Under the pieces are notes generated by a model. The model had not been told where the DNA came from. It worked only from the letters and a program-made list of their open reading frames with translations, and did not search any database. The position numbers were made by a program, and so were the translations under genes. A DNA stretch of 56,665 nt from an uncultured Halobacteriales archaeon (GTDB lineage Archaea; Halobacteriota; Halobacteria; Halobacteriales; SKSH01), in assembly GCA_964639975.1 (NCBI GenBank), contig CAZXER010000009.1, positions 1-56,665 of the forward strand, read 5' to 3'. This document shows, one piece after another, positions 37,510-46,851 of the stretch; within the stretch, counting starts at the first letter, position 1, and every line of letters begins with the position of its first letter.

Positions 37510-39525
37510 TTAGAGCCACCCCCCATACAGGCCGAAGACCAGCAGCATCACCAGCAGCCCCAACAGGACCATCGCGGCATAGGAGGTCACGATGCCGGTC
37601 TGGATCCGCTTGAGCACCCGCGAGAACAACAGCGCGAGCGACGAGGCCGCGTTGACGAGGCCGTCAATGATCCCCTGGTCGAAGATGTCGGAGATCCGCG
37701 CGATACGGACGGTTACGCCCTGGGCCAGCCACACCTGGAGTTCGTCCTGGTAGTAGTTGCGCTCGAGCAGGCGCCCCAGCGAGCCAAGGCGGTCGACGTG
37801 GCGAACCGGCTCGTCGACGGCGTACAGCCGCCAGGCGAGTCCGGCCCCACCGAACGCGAGGGCCAATGAGACCACCATCGGGACGAGGACGCCGATCTCG
37901 GCCGTGGGGTACACCTCGTGGACGAGGGCACTGTACGTGCTGTAGGCCGTCTCCTCGAGGGGGCCGTCGAGGAACTGCGTCAGGAAATCAATATCGAGGT
38001 CGAAGAGCTTCTTCACCGGGACCATGTTGACGAAGCCGGCGACGACAGCGAGGACGCCGAGGACCACCAGCGGGCCCTTGATGACCCAGCCGACCGGCTC
38101 GGGCTGCGCCGCCGCCTCGCTTCGTGGCTCCCCATGGAAGGTGAGGAGCACCATCCTGAAGGTGTAAAAGCCGGTGATGAACACGGTCACGAGCGCCATC
38201 GCGTACGCCACGAGTAAGATCGGTGTCTCGAGGCCGACGATGAGCGCCTCGTAGAGGATCTCGTCCTTGCTCCAGAAGCCAGCGAACGGGATGATCCCGG
38301 CCAGGGCGAGCGAGCCGGCGAGGAACGTCCAGTAGGTCACCGGCGCCCGGTCCTTGAGCCCACCGAGCTCCCACATGTCCTGCTTGTGGTGGGTCATGAC
38401 GATGACGGAGCCGGCACCGAGGAACAGGAGCGCCTTGAAGTAGGCGTGGGCCATGAGGTGGAAGGTCCCCGCGACGTACCCACCGACCCCGAGTGCCAGC
38501 ATCATGTAGCCGTACTGGCTGATCGTCGAGTAGGCGAGCACCTGCTTGATGTCGTCCTTGACGACACCCATGCTCGCCGCGAGCAGCGCCGTAAAGGCGC
38601 CGACGAACGCAATGACCGCCAGCGCGGTCGGGAGCACACTGTAGTAGCCGAACATCCGGGCGACGAGGTAGACACCGGCGGCGACCATGGTCGCGGCGTG
38701 GATGAGGGCCGAGACGGGCGTCGGGCCCTCCATCGCGTCGGGCAACCACGTGTGCAGCGGGAACTGTGCCGACTTGCCGATGACCCCGCCGAGGATCAAC
38801 AGCCCGACGATCGTCAACCAGGTCTCGGTCCCGAAGCCGAAGGTGTCGATGGTGGTGAGGCCCTCCATCGCGTCGTGGGCGAGCTGTGGGAAGCTCCCGT
38901 CGCCGGCGAAAGCGGCGGTCCCGAAGGTCGCCAGGACGGCGACCACACCGACGAGGAAGAAGTAGTCACCGAATCGGGTGACCAAGAACGCCTTCTTCGC
39001 CGCGCTCGGTGGTGCGCGGTCGCTGAACCAGAAGCCGATGAGCAGGTACGAACAGAGCCCGACGAGCTCGAAGAACATGAACGCCATCAGCAGGTTGTTC
39101 GAGAAGACGAACGCCAGCATGCTGAAGGAGAACAGCCCGAGGCTCGCGTAGTACCGCGGGAAGCCACCGCGTTCTGCGTGGCCCGGATCGCGGTTCATGT
39201 ACCCGATGCTGAAGACGTGGACGAGGAACGCGATGAGGGAGACGATGACCAGCATCAGCGCCGAGAGCGGATCGATCAAGACACCGAAGGTCAACTCGAT
39301 GATCCCATCACCCGCCGTCCAGGTGTAGAGGTCCTCGAGGTAGAACGTGTCCTCGAGGTACACCACGGCGAGGAGCACGATCGACAACCCGAGGGAGATC
39401 CCCGTGGCGATGACACCGGGGATCGCGCCACGGAGTGGCAGCTGTTTGCCGAAGATCCCGGCGATGAGGAACGAGAGCAGTGGTAACAACGCGATCGCTG
39501 GCGCGAGTTCGAGGAGTCCTTCCAT
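37510..39525 (-). CDS. nuoL: Complex I-like subunit NuoL
   Basis: FELVGLCSYLLIGF, GKSAQFPLHTWLPDAMEGPTPVSALIHAATMV, KQVLAYSTISQYG. Confidence 0.96.
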   Translation of the reverse strand: MEGLLELAPAIALLPLLSFLIAGIFGKQLPLRGAIPGVIATGISLGLSIVLLAVVYLEDTFYLEDLYTWTAGDGIIELTFGVLIDPLSALMLVIVSLIAFLVHVFSIGYMNRDPGHAERGGFPRYYASLGLFSFSMLAFVFSNNLLMAFMFFELVGLCSYLLIGFWFSDRAPPSAAKKAFLVTRFGDYFFLVGVVAVLATFGTAAFAGDGSFPQLAHDAMEGLTTIDTFGFGTETWLTIVGLLILGGVIGKSAQFPLHTWLPDAMEGPTPVSALIHAATMVAAGVYLVARMFGYYSVLPTALAVIAFVGAFTALLAASMGVVKDDIKQVLAYSTISQYGYMMLALGVGGYVAGTFHLMAHAYFKALLFLGAGSVIVMTHHKQDMWELGGLKDRAPVTYWTFLAGSLALAGIIPFAGFWSKDEILYEALIVGLETPILLVAYAMALVTVFITGFYTFRMVLLTFHGEPRSEAAAQPEPVGWVIKGPLVVLGVLAVVAGFVNMVPVKKLFDLDIDFLTQFLDGPLEETAYSTYSALVHEVYPTAEIGVLVPMVVSLALAFGGAGLAWRLYAVDEPVRHVDRLGSLGRLLERNYYQDELQVWLAQGVTVRIARISDIFDQGIIDGLVNAASSLALLFSRVLKRIQTGIVTSYAAMVLLGLLVMLLVFGLYGGWL

Positions 39526-39531
39526 CCGTGA

Positions 39532-39837
39532 TCACCACCTCATGGTCGCAGCGCGTGTGACGTCGACCTCGCCGTGGGTCCGACGAAGCGTGAGGATGAT
39601 CCCGATGCCGATGGCCACCTCGGCCGCCGCCAGCGCCATGACGAACAGGGCGAAGACCTGTCCGGTCAGGTTCCCATGCATCAGCGAGAACGCGACCAGG
39701 TTGATGTTCGCAGCGTTGAGCAGCAACTCGACGGACATGAGGAACATCAGGGCGTTACGCCGCGTCAGGATGCCGAACAGGCCGATACAGAAGATGGCCG
39801 ACGAGAGCAGGACATAGTACTCGATCGCGACGGTCAT
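39532..39837 (-). CDS. nuoK: Complex I-like subunit NuoK
   Basis: RRNALMFLMSVELLLNA, AAAEVAIG. Confidence 0.95.
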   Translation of the reverse strand: MTVAIEYYVLLSSAIFCIGLFGILTRRNALMFLMSVELLLNAANINLVAFSLMHGNLTGQVFALFVMALAAAEVAIGIGIILTLRRTHGEVDVTRAATMRW

Positions 39838-40160
39838 GGTTCCTCCTCCTCGCCCCGCAGGGCGGTCAGTAACTCGCCTGCCTCCTCACGGCCGGCCAGG
39901 TAGATCGCGCCATCGAGCGCCGCATCCAGCACGAGGGCGATGAGGATGAAGGCTACGAGGAAGCCCTCGGTCGGGATGACCGTCGAGGCGTTGAGCAGCG
40001 CCATGCCGATATCGGCGGTCACGCTGGCATCACTCGGAAAGCCGACCGTCTCGCCGAACTCCGCCCGGAGGGTCACGAAGGCGAAGACGGCAAAGAGCGC
40101 GACGGCGATGATCCCCGTCAGGAGGTGGCGTCCGAGGCGTAGGCGCGGTCGTGTCGTCAT
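39834..40160 (-). CDS. nuoJ2: Complex I-like subunit NuoJ, C-terminal half (J2)
   Basis: FLVAFILIALVLDAALDGAIYLA, lies between nuoJ1 and nuoK with overlapping starts/stops. Confidence 0.8.
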   Translation of the reverse strand: MTTRPRLRLGRHLLTGIIAVALFAVFAFVTLRAEFGETVGFPSDASVTADIGMALLNASTVIPTEGFLVAFILIALVLDAALDGAIYLAGREEAGELLTALRGEEEEP

Positions 40161-40432
40161 GTCCGATTCACCCCCGTCTCGGGTGAGTCGGTACGCTGGG
40201 TCAACATCACGGCGAACGTGATCAGCACCAGCACCCCGCCGACGTAGACGAGCACCTGCATCACCGCGAGGAACTCAGCATAGAGCATGACATAGTGGAT
40301 CGCGACGCTGAGCAGGGCGATCCCCAGCAGCAACGCCGCGTGCCACGGTTCCTTGACGAGCACCACACCGATACTGGCGCCCACCGTCACCGCTGCAAAC
40401 AGCACAAAGGCGAGTACCTCAATGATAGCCAT
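40157..40432 (-). CDS. nuoJ1: Complex I-like subunit NuoJ, N-terminal half (J1)
   Basis: HAALLL, AEFLAVMQVLVYVGGVLVLITFAVML. Start moved to MAIIEV, preceded by GGAGG. Confidence 0.9.
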   Translation of the reverse strand: MAIIEVLAFVLFAAVTVGASIGVVLVKEPWHAALLLGIALLSVAIHYVMLYAEFLAVMQVLVYVGGVLVLITFAVMLTQRTDSPETGVNRT

Positions 40433-40457
40433 TATTCCTCCGTCCACTTGGCAGGCC

Positions 40458-40463
40458 TTTGAA
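40458..40463 (-). promoter_or_regulatory. Possible internal promoter of nuoJ1-N
   Basis: TTCAAA at -31..-26 from nuoJ1 ATG, preceded by purine-rich AAAGAAA. Confidence 0.4.
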
Positions 40464-40573
40464 GATTTCTTTATCGTTCCTCCGAACGGGCGACGGTGGC
40501 CGTTGTGCGTCCGTTGAGCCACCGCTACGGTTGAGATGGGTCGTCATGGTGTTGGCAATGCGGTATCGACCGC

Positions 40574-41035
40574 CTACTGGTAGTCCACTGTGCCCTCGCC
40601 CTCGCCGACCCACGAGCCCCGATCGGGTTCGCGCTCGGCGAGCGGGTCGAGCTCGTTGTACCAGGGGACGGATTTCAGCTGTTCCTTGTTGTAGACGAGA
40701 TCGTCCTTCGTGTCGCCGGTGAACTCGAAGTTCTGCGTGAGGACGATGGCGTCGACCGGACAGACCTCCTCACACAGGCGACAGTAGACGCACTGGCCGA
40801 CGTGCAGGTTGTACTGCTCGCCCTGTCGCTGGTCGTTCGTCACGATGTGGATCGTGTCGTTCGGGCACACGTTCTCACACTGGCGACACCAGATGCAGCG
40901 CTCCTGGCTGAACTTGTGGATGCCCCGGAAGCGCGGGCTGACCTCGGGTGGGACGTCCGGGTACTCCACGGTGAATGTCTCGCCTTTCAGCGCGTGTTTC
41001 ATCGTCACGGCCATCGATTTGAGTACACCAATCAT
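40574..41035 (-). CDS. nuoI: Complex I-like subunit NuoI (2x[4Fe-4S])
   Basis: CIWCRQCENVCP and CVYCRLCEEVCP. ATGA overlap with nuoH. Confidence 0.96.
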   Translation of the reverse strand: MIGVLKSMAVTMKHALKGETFTVEYPDVPPEVSPRFRGIHKFSQERCIWCRQCENVCPNDTIHIVTNDQRQGEQYNLHVGQCVYCRLCEEVCPVDAIVLTQNFEFTGDTKDDLVYNKEQLKSVPWYNELDPLAEREPDRGSWVGEGEGTVDYQ

Positions 41036-42111
41036 GCGGCGATCACCCCCACGATGACGGCGGTCAGGATGAGGTTGAGGAAGCTCAGCACCAACAGCCC
41101 CTTCCAGCCGATCTCGATGAGCTGGTCGATGCGGACCCGTGGAACGGCCGAGCGGGCCCACTGGGTGAAGAGGAACATCGCCCAGATCTTGATGAGGAAC
41201 CAGACGAACCCCGGCAGGATCGGTCCAGCTGGACCGCCGAGGAACAGCGTCGCGAAGATCGCACCGCCGAGGAAGATGTGGATGAACTCACCGAGGTAGA
41301 ACAACACGAAGTAGACCCCGGAGTACTCCGTCTGGTATCCCGCGACGATCTCGTTCGGTGCCTCCGGCGTGTCGAACGGGTTGCGGCCCACCTCGGCGAG
41401 GTTCGCGACCAGGAACAGCGCCATGGCGAAGGGGTTGATGATACCGAACCACATCGGGATCGAGATCCCTCCGATGGTGAACAGCGTGTCCTGCTGGACG
41501 GCGACGATCTCGCTCATCTGGAGCGACCCGGCGAAGATGACGACCGAGGCAGCCACCAGGATGAGCGGGATCTCGTACGCGATGTTCTGGGCGACGGCGC
41601 GCATTCCACCCAGGAAGGAGTACTTGTTGTTCGATGCGTACCCGCCCATCACCAGGCCGACGCTCGCGAGCGACGCGATCGCGAAGACGAAGACGAGGCC
41701 GACCTCCGGATCGGCCACCTGGATGTCGTTGCCCATCGGGATGACCGCGAAGCCCAGTAACGCACTCATGGCCACGACGATCGGGGCGAACTCCCACGCG
41801 GGACGATCGACCCCTTCGGGGACGATGACCTCCTTGGAGAGCAGGCGGACGGCGTCTGCCACGATGATGAGCAAGCCAGCCGGGCCGACCCGGTTGACGG
41901 CGATGATGTCGGTAAATCGCGCGCGGATCTTCCGCTTCGCCCACGGGCCGGCGATCCCCGTCATCACCAGCATGATATTGGCCACGACGAAGGCGGCGAT
42001 GAGCCCGGCGAGGAACTCGCCGGCCACACCGAAGTCGCCGAGGCCGAGGAGGTCGATGAGGTGTTCCGGGAGCAAGATGGTATCCGACTGCAACACCGTG
42101 CCGTGCATCAC
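41032..42111 (-). CDS. nuoH: Complex I-like subunit NuoH
   Basis: NRVGPAG, DAVRLLSKE, RAVAQNIAYE, GRNPFDTPEAPNEIVAGYQTEYSG, PRVRIDQL. Confidence 0.96.
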   Translation of the reverse strand: MMHGTVLQSDTILLPEHLIDLLGLGDFGVAGEFLAGLIAAFVVANIMLVMTGIAGPWAKRKIRARFTDIIAVNRVGPAGLLIIVADAVRLLSKEVIVPEGVDRPAWEFAPIVVAMSALLGFAVIPMGNDIQVADPEVGLVFVFAIASLASVGLVMGGYASNNKYSFLGGMRAVAQNIAYEIPLILVAASVVIFAGSLQMSEIVAVQQDTLFTIGGISIPMWFGIINPFAMALFLVANLAEVGRNPFDTPEAPNEIVAGYQTEYSGVYFVLFYLGEFIHIFLGGAIFATLFLGGPAGPILPGFVWFLIKIWAMFLFTQWARSAVPRVRIDQLIEIGWKGLLVLSFLNLILTAVIVGVIAA

Positions 42112-43769
42112 CGATCGACCTCCCCGAGGATGATGTCGATGCTACCAAGCGAGGCGATCAGGTCGGCGACGTAGTCCCCTTCGGCCATCACCGGCAGCGT
42201 CGACAGGTTGGAGAACGACGGCGAGCGGATCTTGAATCGACCGGGTTTGTCGGTCCCATCGGCCCGGATGTAGATGCCCAGCTCTCCCTTGGCGCCCTCG
42301 ACCGCCCGGTATACGCGGGTGTCGGGCTCTGGCTTGAGCGTCCGGGGGACGTTCGCCTGGATCTCTCGGTCGTCCTCGGGCCAGTCTTCGAGGATATCGA
42401 TGCACTGGTCGACGATCCGCGCGGATTGCTCGATCTCCTGTATGCGCACGAGCACGCGAGAGAACACGTCACCAGCGTCCTCGGTGATGACGTCCCAGTC
42501 GAGCTCGGGATAGTAGCCGTAGGGGTCGTCACGGCGCAGGTCGTAATCCACCCCGGAGGCTCTGGCGACCGGTCCTGTGGCCCCGTATGCCTTCACGTCC
42601 TCTGGTTCCAGGACACCGGTATCGACACAGCGTAGCTGGAAGATCTCGTTGTTCGTCATCAGCTGGTGGACCTCGTCCATGGACTCGGGCAGCTCGTCGT
42701 TGACGAACGTCCGCACGTCCTCGAAGAACTGCTCGCGGGGGTCGGGGATGTCCCAGGCGACGCCGCCAAGGCGGAGGTAGTTGAACATGAGGCGCTGACC
42801 GGTGAGGTCCTCGAGCAGTTTCTGGACCTTCTCGCGGTCGCGGATCGAGTACATCGACAGGGCGTTGAACTCACCGTAGACGTCCAGCACGAACGTCCCG
42901 ACCGCGAGGAAGTGTGCTGCCATCCGGCTCAATTCGGCCCCCATCGTTCGGATGACCTGGGCGTACTCGGGCACCTCGATATCGGCGAGATCCTCGGCGG
43001 CTCGGGCGTACGCCCACTCGTTGAGGATGCCAGCTGAGGCGTAGTCCCACCGGTCGGGGTACGGCATGATCTGGTGGCGGTAGGTCCCCTGCTCACACAT
43101 CTGCTCCTCACAGCGGTGCAAGTACCCGATGTCGGGTTCGACATCGACGACCTGCTCGCCATCGAGGGTGGCCTTGAGGTGCAATACCCCGTGGGTGGCC
43201 GGGTGGTGCGGACCGATGTTGATGAGCATGGTATCGCTTTCCGCACCCTCGCCATCCTGCAGCAACGGGTTCTCGTGTGCCTTGAACGAGACGACCTGCG
43301 GCTTGTCCTGGTTGTAGTCGTCTGTGAGCGGATGGCCCGTCCAGCTCTCCGGCAGCAGGATCCGTTTCAGATCTGGATGGCCCTCGTACTCGATGCCGAT
43401 GAGGTCGTACGCCTCTCGCTCGTGCCAGTTCGCCGTCTCGTACACGTTGGCGGCACTCTGGCTGACCGGGGTATCTGGGTCGGTCGGTACGACCACGCTC
43501 AACTCGGTGGTCGGGTCGGCGTACTGTTTGAGATGGTAGATACTCTCATAGCGATCGGGCAATTGCTCCGCGGAGACACAGGAGAGGAAATCGAAGTCGA
43601 ACTCATCGCGAAGGATGGTGAGCGTCGCTTCGACCTCGTCGGCCCGGATGATGATGGCTGGGGCGTTGAGGTGCGTCTCCGTATCGAGGACGCGGTCTCC
43701 GAGGCGCTCGATCGCCTCGTCAACGGAGAACGACGCTCCTTCGTCCTCGGGGACCTCCAGCGTGCTCAT
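42108..43769 (-). CDS. nuoCD: Complex I-like fused subunit NuoCD
   Basis: WHEREAYDL (C part), NIGPHHPATHGVL, GYLHRCEEQ, EGAKGELG, DIILGEVDR (D part). Confidence 0.96.
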   Translation of the reverse strand: MSTLEVPEDEGASFSVDEAIERLGDRVLDTETHLNAPAIIIRADEVEATLTILRDEFDFDFLSCVSAEQLPDRYESIYHLKQYADPTTELSVVVPTDPDTPVSQSAANVYETANWHEREAYDLIGIEYEGHPDLKRILLPESWTGHPLTDDYNQDKPQVVSFKAHENPLLQDGEGAESDTMLINIGPHHPATHGVLHLKATLDGEQVVDVEPDIGYLHRCEEQMCEQGTYRHQIMPYPDRWDYASAGILNEWAYARAAEDLADIEVPEYAQVIRTMGAELSRMAAHFLAVGTFVLDVYGEFNALSMYSIRDREKVQKLLEDLTGQRLMFNYLRLGGVAWDIPDPREQFFEDVRTFVNDELPESMDEVHQLMTNNEIFQLRCVDTGVLEPEDVKAYGATGPVARASGVDYDLRRDDPYGYYPELDWDVITEDAGDVFSRVLVRIQEIEQSARIVDQCIDILEDWPEDDREIQANVPRTLKPEPDTRVYRAVEGAKGELGIYIRADGTDKPGRFKIRSPSFSNLSTLPVMAEGDYVADLIASLGSIDIILGEVDR

Positions 43770-44464
43770 GGGGAGTCACCCCAGTTGTACCGCATGGCGA
43801 GCTCGTCCTCGTCTATCTGGTCGGCGAGTTGCTCGATCACCTCATCCTGTGGCATGTCGCCGAACTCCTCGAGCTCGTACGGCTTGACGACCACCGGGCT
43901 CGCCTCGCCGGTGGCGACGCGCTCTTGGAGCTTGGCGATGCCGTAGATCAACGCCTCGGGTCGTGGGGGACAGCCAGGCACTTGGATATCGACCGGGATG
44001 ACTTCCTCCGCTCCCTTGACCACGTTGTACCCCTCCTGGAAGGGACCTCCAGAGATGGTACACGAGCCCATCCCGACGACGAACTTGGGCTCTGGCATCT
44101 GGTCGTAAACCCGCTTCATGCGCGGGGCGAACTTCGAAACGATCGTCCCAGGAACGATGATCAGGTCGGCCTGTCGGGGTGATGCCCGTGGGACACCGGC
44201 GCCGAATCGGTCGACGTCGTGCTTGATCATCATCGCATGGATCATCTCGAGGCTGCAACACGCGATCCCGAACTGGAGCAGGAACATCGATGACCCGCGC
44301 ACCCAGTTCATGAACGTGTCGAACTTGGTGAGGATGAACGGCGTCGACCCCATCGCCTCGCGCAGGCGAGAGTTGAAGCGATCGTCGACCCCGGACATGC
44401 GAGCGTCTCGCGTCTTGGTCAGGACGTTCCGTTCCGTCTCGGTCGATGGTTGTTGGCTGCTCAT
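43766..44464 (-). CDS. nuoB: Complex I-like subunit NuoB
   Basis: GIACCSLEM, RASPRQAD, MGSCTISGG, VPGCPPRPE. Start moved to MSSQQP (ATGA overlap with nuoA). Confidence 0.96.
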   Translation of the reverse strand: MSSQQPSTETERNVLTKTRDARMSGVDDRFNSRLREAMGSTPFILTKFDTFMNWVRGSSMFLLQFGIACCSLEMIHAMMIKHDVDRFGAGVPRASPRQADLIIVPGTIVSKFAPRMKRVYDQMPEPKFVVGMGSCTISGGPFQEGYNVVKGAEEVIPVDIQVPGCPPRPEALIYGIAKLQERVATGEASPVVVKPYELEEFGDMPQDEVIEQLADQIDEDELAMRYNWGDSP

Positions 44465-44868
44465 GTGTTGTGTGGCCTCCGTTGCTCGGCTTGTGGACTC
44501 CGTGCCCAGCTGACGGCTCCGTTTCGCCAGGCCCAGGCCAGCCCGACGATCAGGATGAAGACGAAGAGCAACATGGGGCCCAGCGCCCGGTACAGCCCCA
44601 CATCTCCGATGGCGTCGGTGTAGCTCAGCGCCCACGGGAACAGCAACACGGTCTCGATGTCGAACACGACGAACAACAGGGCGACCATGTAGTACTGGAT
44701 GTTGAACGGAATCCGGGTGTCACCGGTGGGCACCTCGCCACTTTCGTAGACGGTGCGCTTGTGGCGCTCGGCTACCTGCGGTCGCAAGAGCCAGGACGCA
44801 GCGACCATGCCGACTGGGACGAGAAGGGCGATCACCGCGAATGCACCGATTGCTATCCAATCGTTCAT
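44461..44868 (-). CDS. nuoA: Complex I-like subunit NuoA
   Basis: YESGEVP, QYYMVALLFVVFDIETVLLFPWA, WRNGA. Confidence 0.95.
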   Translation of the reverse strand: MNDWIAIGAFAVIALLVPVGMVAASWLLRPQVAERHKRTVYESGEVPTGDTRIPFNIQYYMVALLFVVFDIETVLLFPWALSYTDAIGDVGLYRALGPMLLFVFILIVGLAWAWRNGAVSWARSPQAEQRRPHNT

Positions 44869-44906
44869 AGGAAACTCTGTGTTGTACGACGGTTTAGAGC
44901 CTACCC

Positions 44907-44920
44907 ATATAAGGATTAAT
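44907..44920 (-). promoter_or_regulatory. nuo operon promoter
   Basis: ATTAATCCTTATAT on the minus strand about 39-52 nt upstream of the nuoA ATG. Confidence 0.6.
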
Positions 44921-44974
44921 TCTTGCCCATGACGCCCCGAAACCGTGAATTTTGGGTATTTGAGTCAAGCCGCC

Positions 44975-45610
44975 TTAACGGCGGTCTTGGAAGCCCTTCG
45001 TGCCGAGTTCGTGCAGCTCCTGGCTCGTCGCTGCGACGTCCGTTCGTTGCCGGTCGTGAAAGGCTGTCAGGCGCTCACGGAGATCCTCGTGGTCGGTCGA
45101 CAGTATCTGGGCGGCGAACAGGGCGGCATTGTACGACTTTCCGGCGTCGACGGCGACGATGGGGGCGCCATGGGGCATGCCGATGACCGAGTCGACCGAT
45201 TTCTCCTGGACCGGAACCCCGATGACTGGGAGCGGGTAGGCGATCGAGGCCGTCATGTTCGGGAGGTCAGCAGACTTCCCGCCAGCGCCGGCGATGATGA
45301 CATCGAGACCGCGATCGGCAGCCGTCTCCCCGTACGCGTACATGAGCCTGGGCGTCCGATGGGCCGAGACGACGTACGTCTCGAAGGTAAACCGTTCCGC
45401 TGGTGGGTCGTCGTAGTCGGTCACCTCGGCGAACCCGAGTTCGTCCACTAGCGCATCGTAGGCACCGGGGCGATCTCCCCCGGTCATCATCGTGTCCAGG
45501 TCGGAATCACTTCCCATGGTGATCCCGATATCGGGGGTCGATTCCGGTGGCCGATCCGTCGCTGCCTCGGCCTCAAGCGCGTCGATCAAGTCACCTTCCG
45601 CATCGCTCAT
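44975..45610 (-). CDS. purE: N5-CAIR mutase PurE (haloarchaeal form with insertion)
   Basis: MGSDSD, VVSAHRTP, IAGAGGKSADLPNMTAS, PVIGVPV, GMPHGAPIVAV. Start taken as MSDAEG. Confidence 0.93.
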   Translation of the reverse strand: MSDAEGDLIDALEAEAATDRPPESTPDIGITMGSDSDLDTMMTGGDRPGAYDALVDELGFAEVTDYDDPPAERFTFETYVVSAHRTPRLMYAYGETAADRGLDVIIAGAGGKSADLPNMTASIAYPLPVIGVPVQEKSVDSVIGMPHGAPIVAVDAGKSYNAALFAAQILSTDHEDLRERLTAFHDRQRTDVAATSQELHELGTKGFQDRR

Positions 45611-45684
45611 GCGTGGCTCCACCCGCGGCTCGACCGTAAGGTTGCCGCTTAGTATGGAACCGATGAGGTTACGCGACTCTCCGG

Positions 45685-46851
45685 TCACTCATCGAAGGTC
45701 AGGTGCGACCGTAACGCACGCGCACGTGATTGTACTTGCTCAACGTCTCCGGACTCGCTGGTGACGGTGAGGTGACCCATCTTCCGCAGCGGACGGGTCT
45801 GGGCTTTCCCGTACCAGTGAAGGTTGGCTCGCGGTGAGCGAAGGACTGATTCGACCCCGGAGAGCCCCACGGGCCGCGCGGTGGTCCCGTCGCCGAGGAT
45901 GTTCACCGATACCACAGATTCAGCCACGCGGTCGGTCGCCCCGAGCGGCCAGCCAAGCACGGCACGAATGTGCTGCTCGAACTGGGAGGTCACCGTCCCC
46001 TCGATCGTCCAGTGTCCGGAGTTGTGCGGCCGCGGTGCCACCTCGTTGAGCAGGATGTCACCCTCGGTGGTCTCGAACAGCTCGAAGCCGAAGATCCCCC
46101 GCCCGTCGAGGGCTTCGAGTGCCGAGCGAGCGACCGATCGAGCCTCGGCGATGACGTCCTCGTCGCAGTTCGGGGGGACGATCGTCTCGCGGAGGATCTC
46201 CTCTGCGTGGACGGTCTCGGTCACGGGATGGAGCCGGGTCTCGCCATCTCCTCGCGCAGCCATGACGGCAAGCTCCCGTTCGAACTCGATGAACGCCTCG
46301 GCCATGGCCGAGCCACCGACCGCCTCGATGGCGTCATCGAGGTCGAGATCTGGCGTCACCGGCATGTTCCCCCGGCCATCGTAGCCACCGGTTCGTGCCT
46401 TCAACATCAGCGGTGAACCGAGCTCGTCGAACGCCGCCTCGAGATCGGCGGCGGTATCGACGCGACGAAACGGTGGCAGCGGGATGCCCGCGTCCTCGAA
46501 GTGCTCCATCTGGACGAGCTTGTCGCGGATGGTTGCCAGTGACGACGGCGCCGGTTCGACGGGGACATCGACGGCCTCCATGGCAGCCGGGTCGGCGAGC
46601 TCGATCTCGATGGTGAGTACGTCGCTTCGCTCGGCGAGTCGATCGATGGCAGCTGCATCGTCGAAGTCGGCCACAATCTGCTCGCTCGCGACCTGTGCCG
46701 CTGGACACGGGTCCGTCGGATCGAGGACGATGACCTCGACACCGAGTGGGCTCGCTGCCTCCGCGAGCATCCGGCCGAGCTGGCCACCACCGACGATGCC
46801 CAGCGTCGGTCCCGGGAGCTCGATGGTCGCGTTCCTATCTGACATGGTCAT
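45685..46851 (-). CDS. purK: N5-CAIR synthetase PurK (ATP-grasp)
   Basis: GIVGGGQLGRM, TIEIE, KARTGGYDGRGN, NEVAPRPHNSGH, RKMGHLT. Confidence 0.96.
   Translation of the reverse strand: MTMSDRNATIELPGPTLGIVGGGQLGRMLAEAASPLGVEVIVLDPTDPCPAAQVASEQIVADFDDAAAIDRLAERSDVLTIEIELADPAAMEAVDVPVEPAPSSLATIRDKLVQMEHFEDAGIPLPPFRRVDTAADLEAAFDELGSPLMLKARTGGYDGRGNMPVTPDLDLDDAIEAVGGSAMAEAFIEFERELAVMAARGDGETRLHPVTETVHAEEILRETIVPPNCDEDVIAEARSVARSALEALDGRGIFGFELFETTEGDILLNEVAPRPHNSGHWTIEGTVTSQFEQHIRAVLGWPLGATDRVAESVVSVNILGDGTTARPVGLSGVESVLRSPRANLHWYGKAQTRPLRKMGHLTVTSESGDVEQVQSRARALRSHLTFDE

Noticed and set aside
40419-40613. 64-aa ORF across the nuoI-nuoJ1 gap
   Set aside because: It overlaps both flanking genes out of frame and has no recognisable features.
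45611-45688. GTG start of purE overlapping the purK stop (26 extra residues)
   Set aside because: The extension is not acidic, and the haloarchaeal PurE-like N-terminus begins at MSDAEG (45610). It is not fully excluded.
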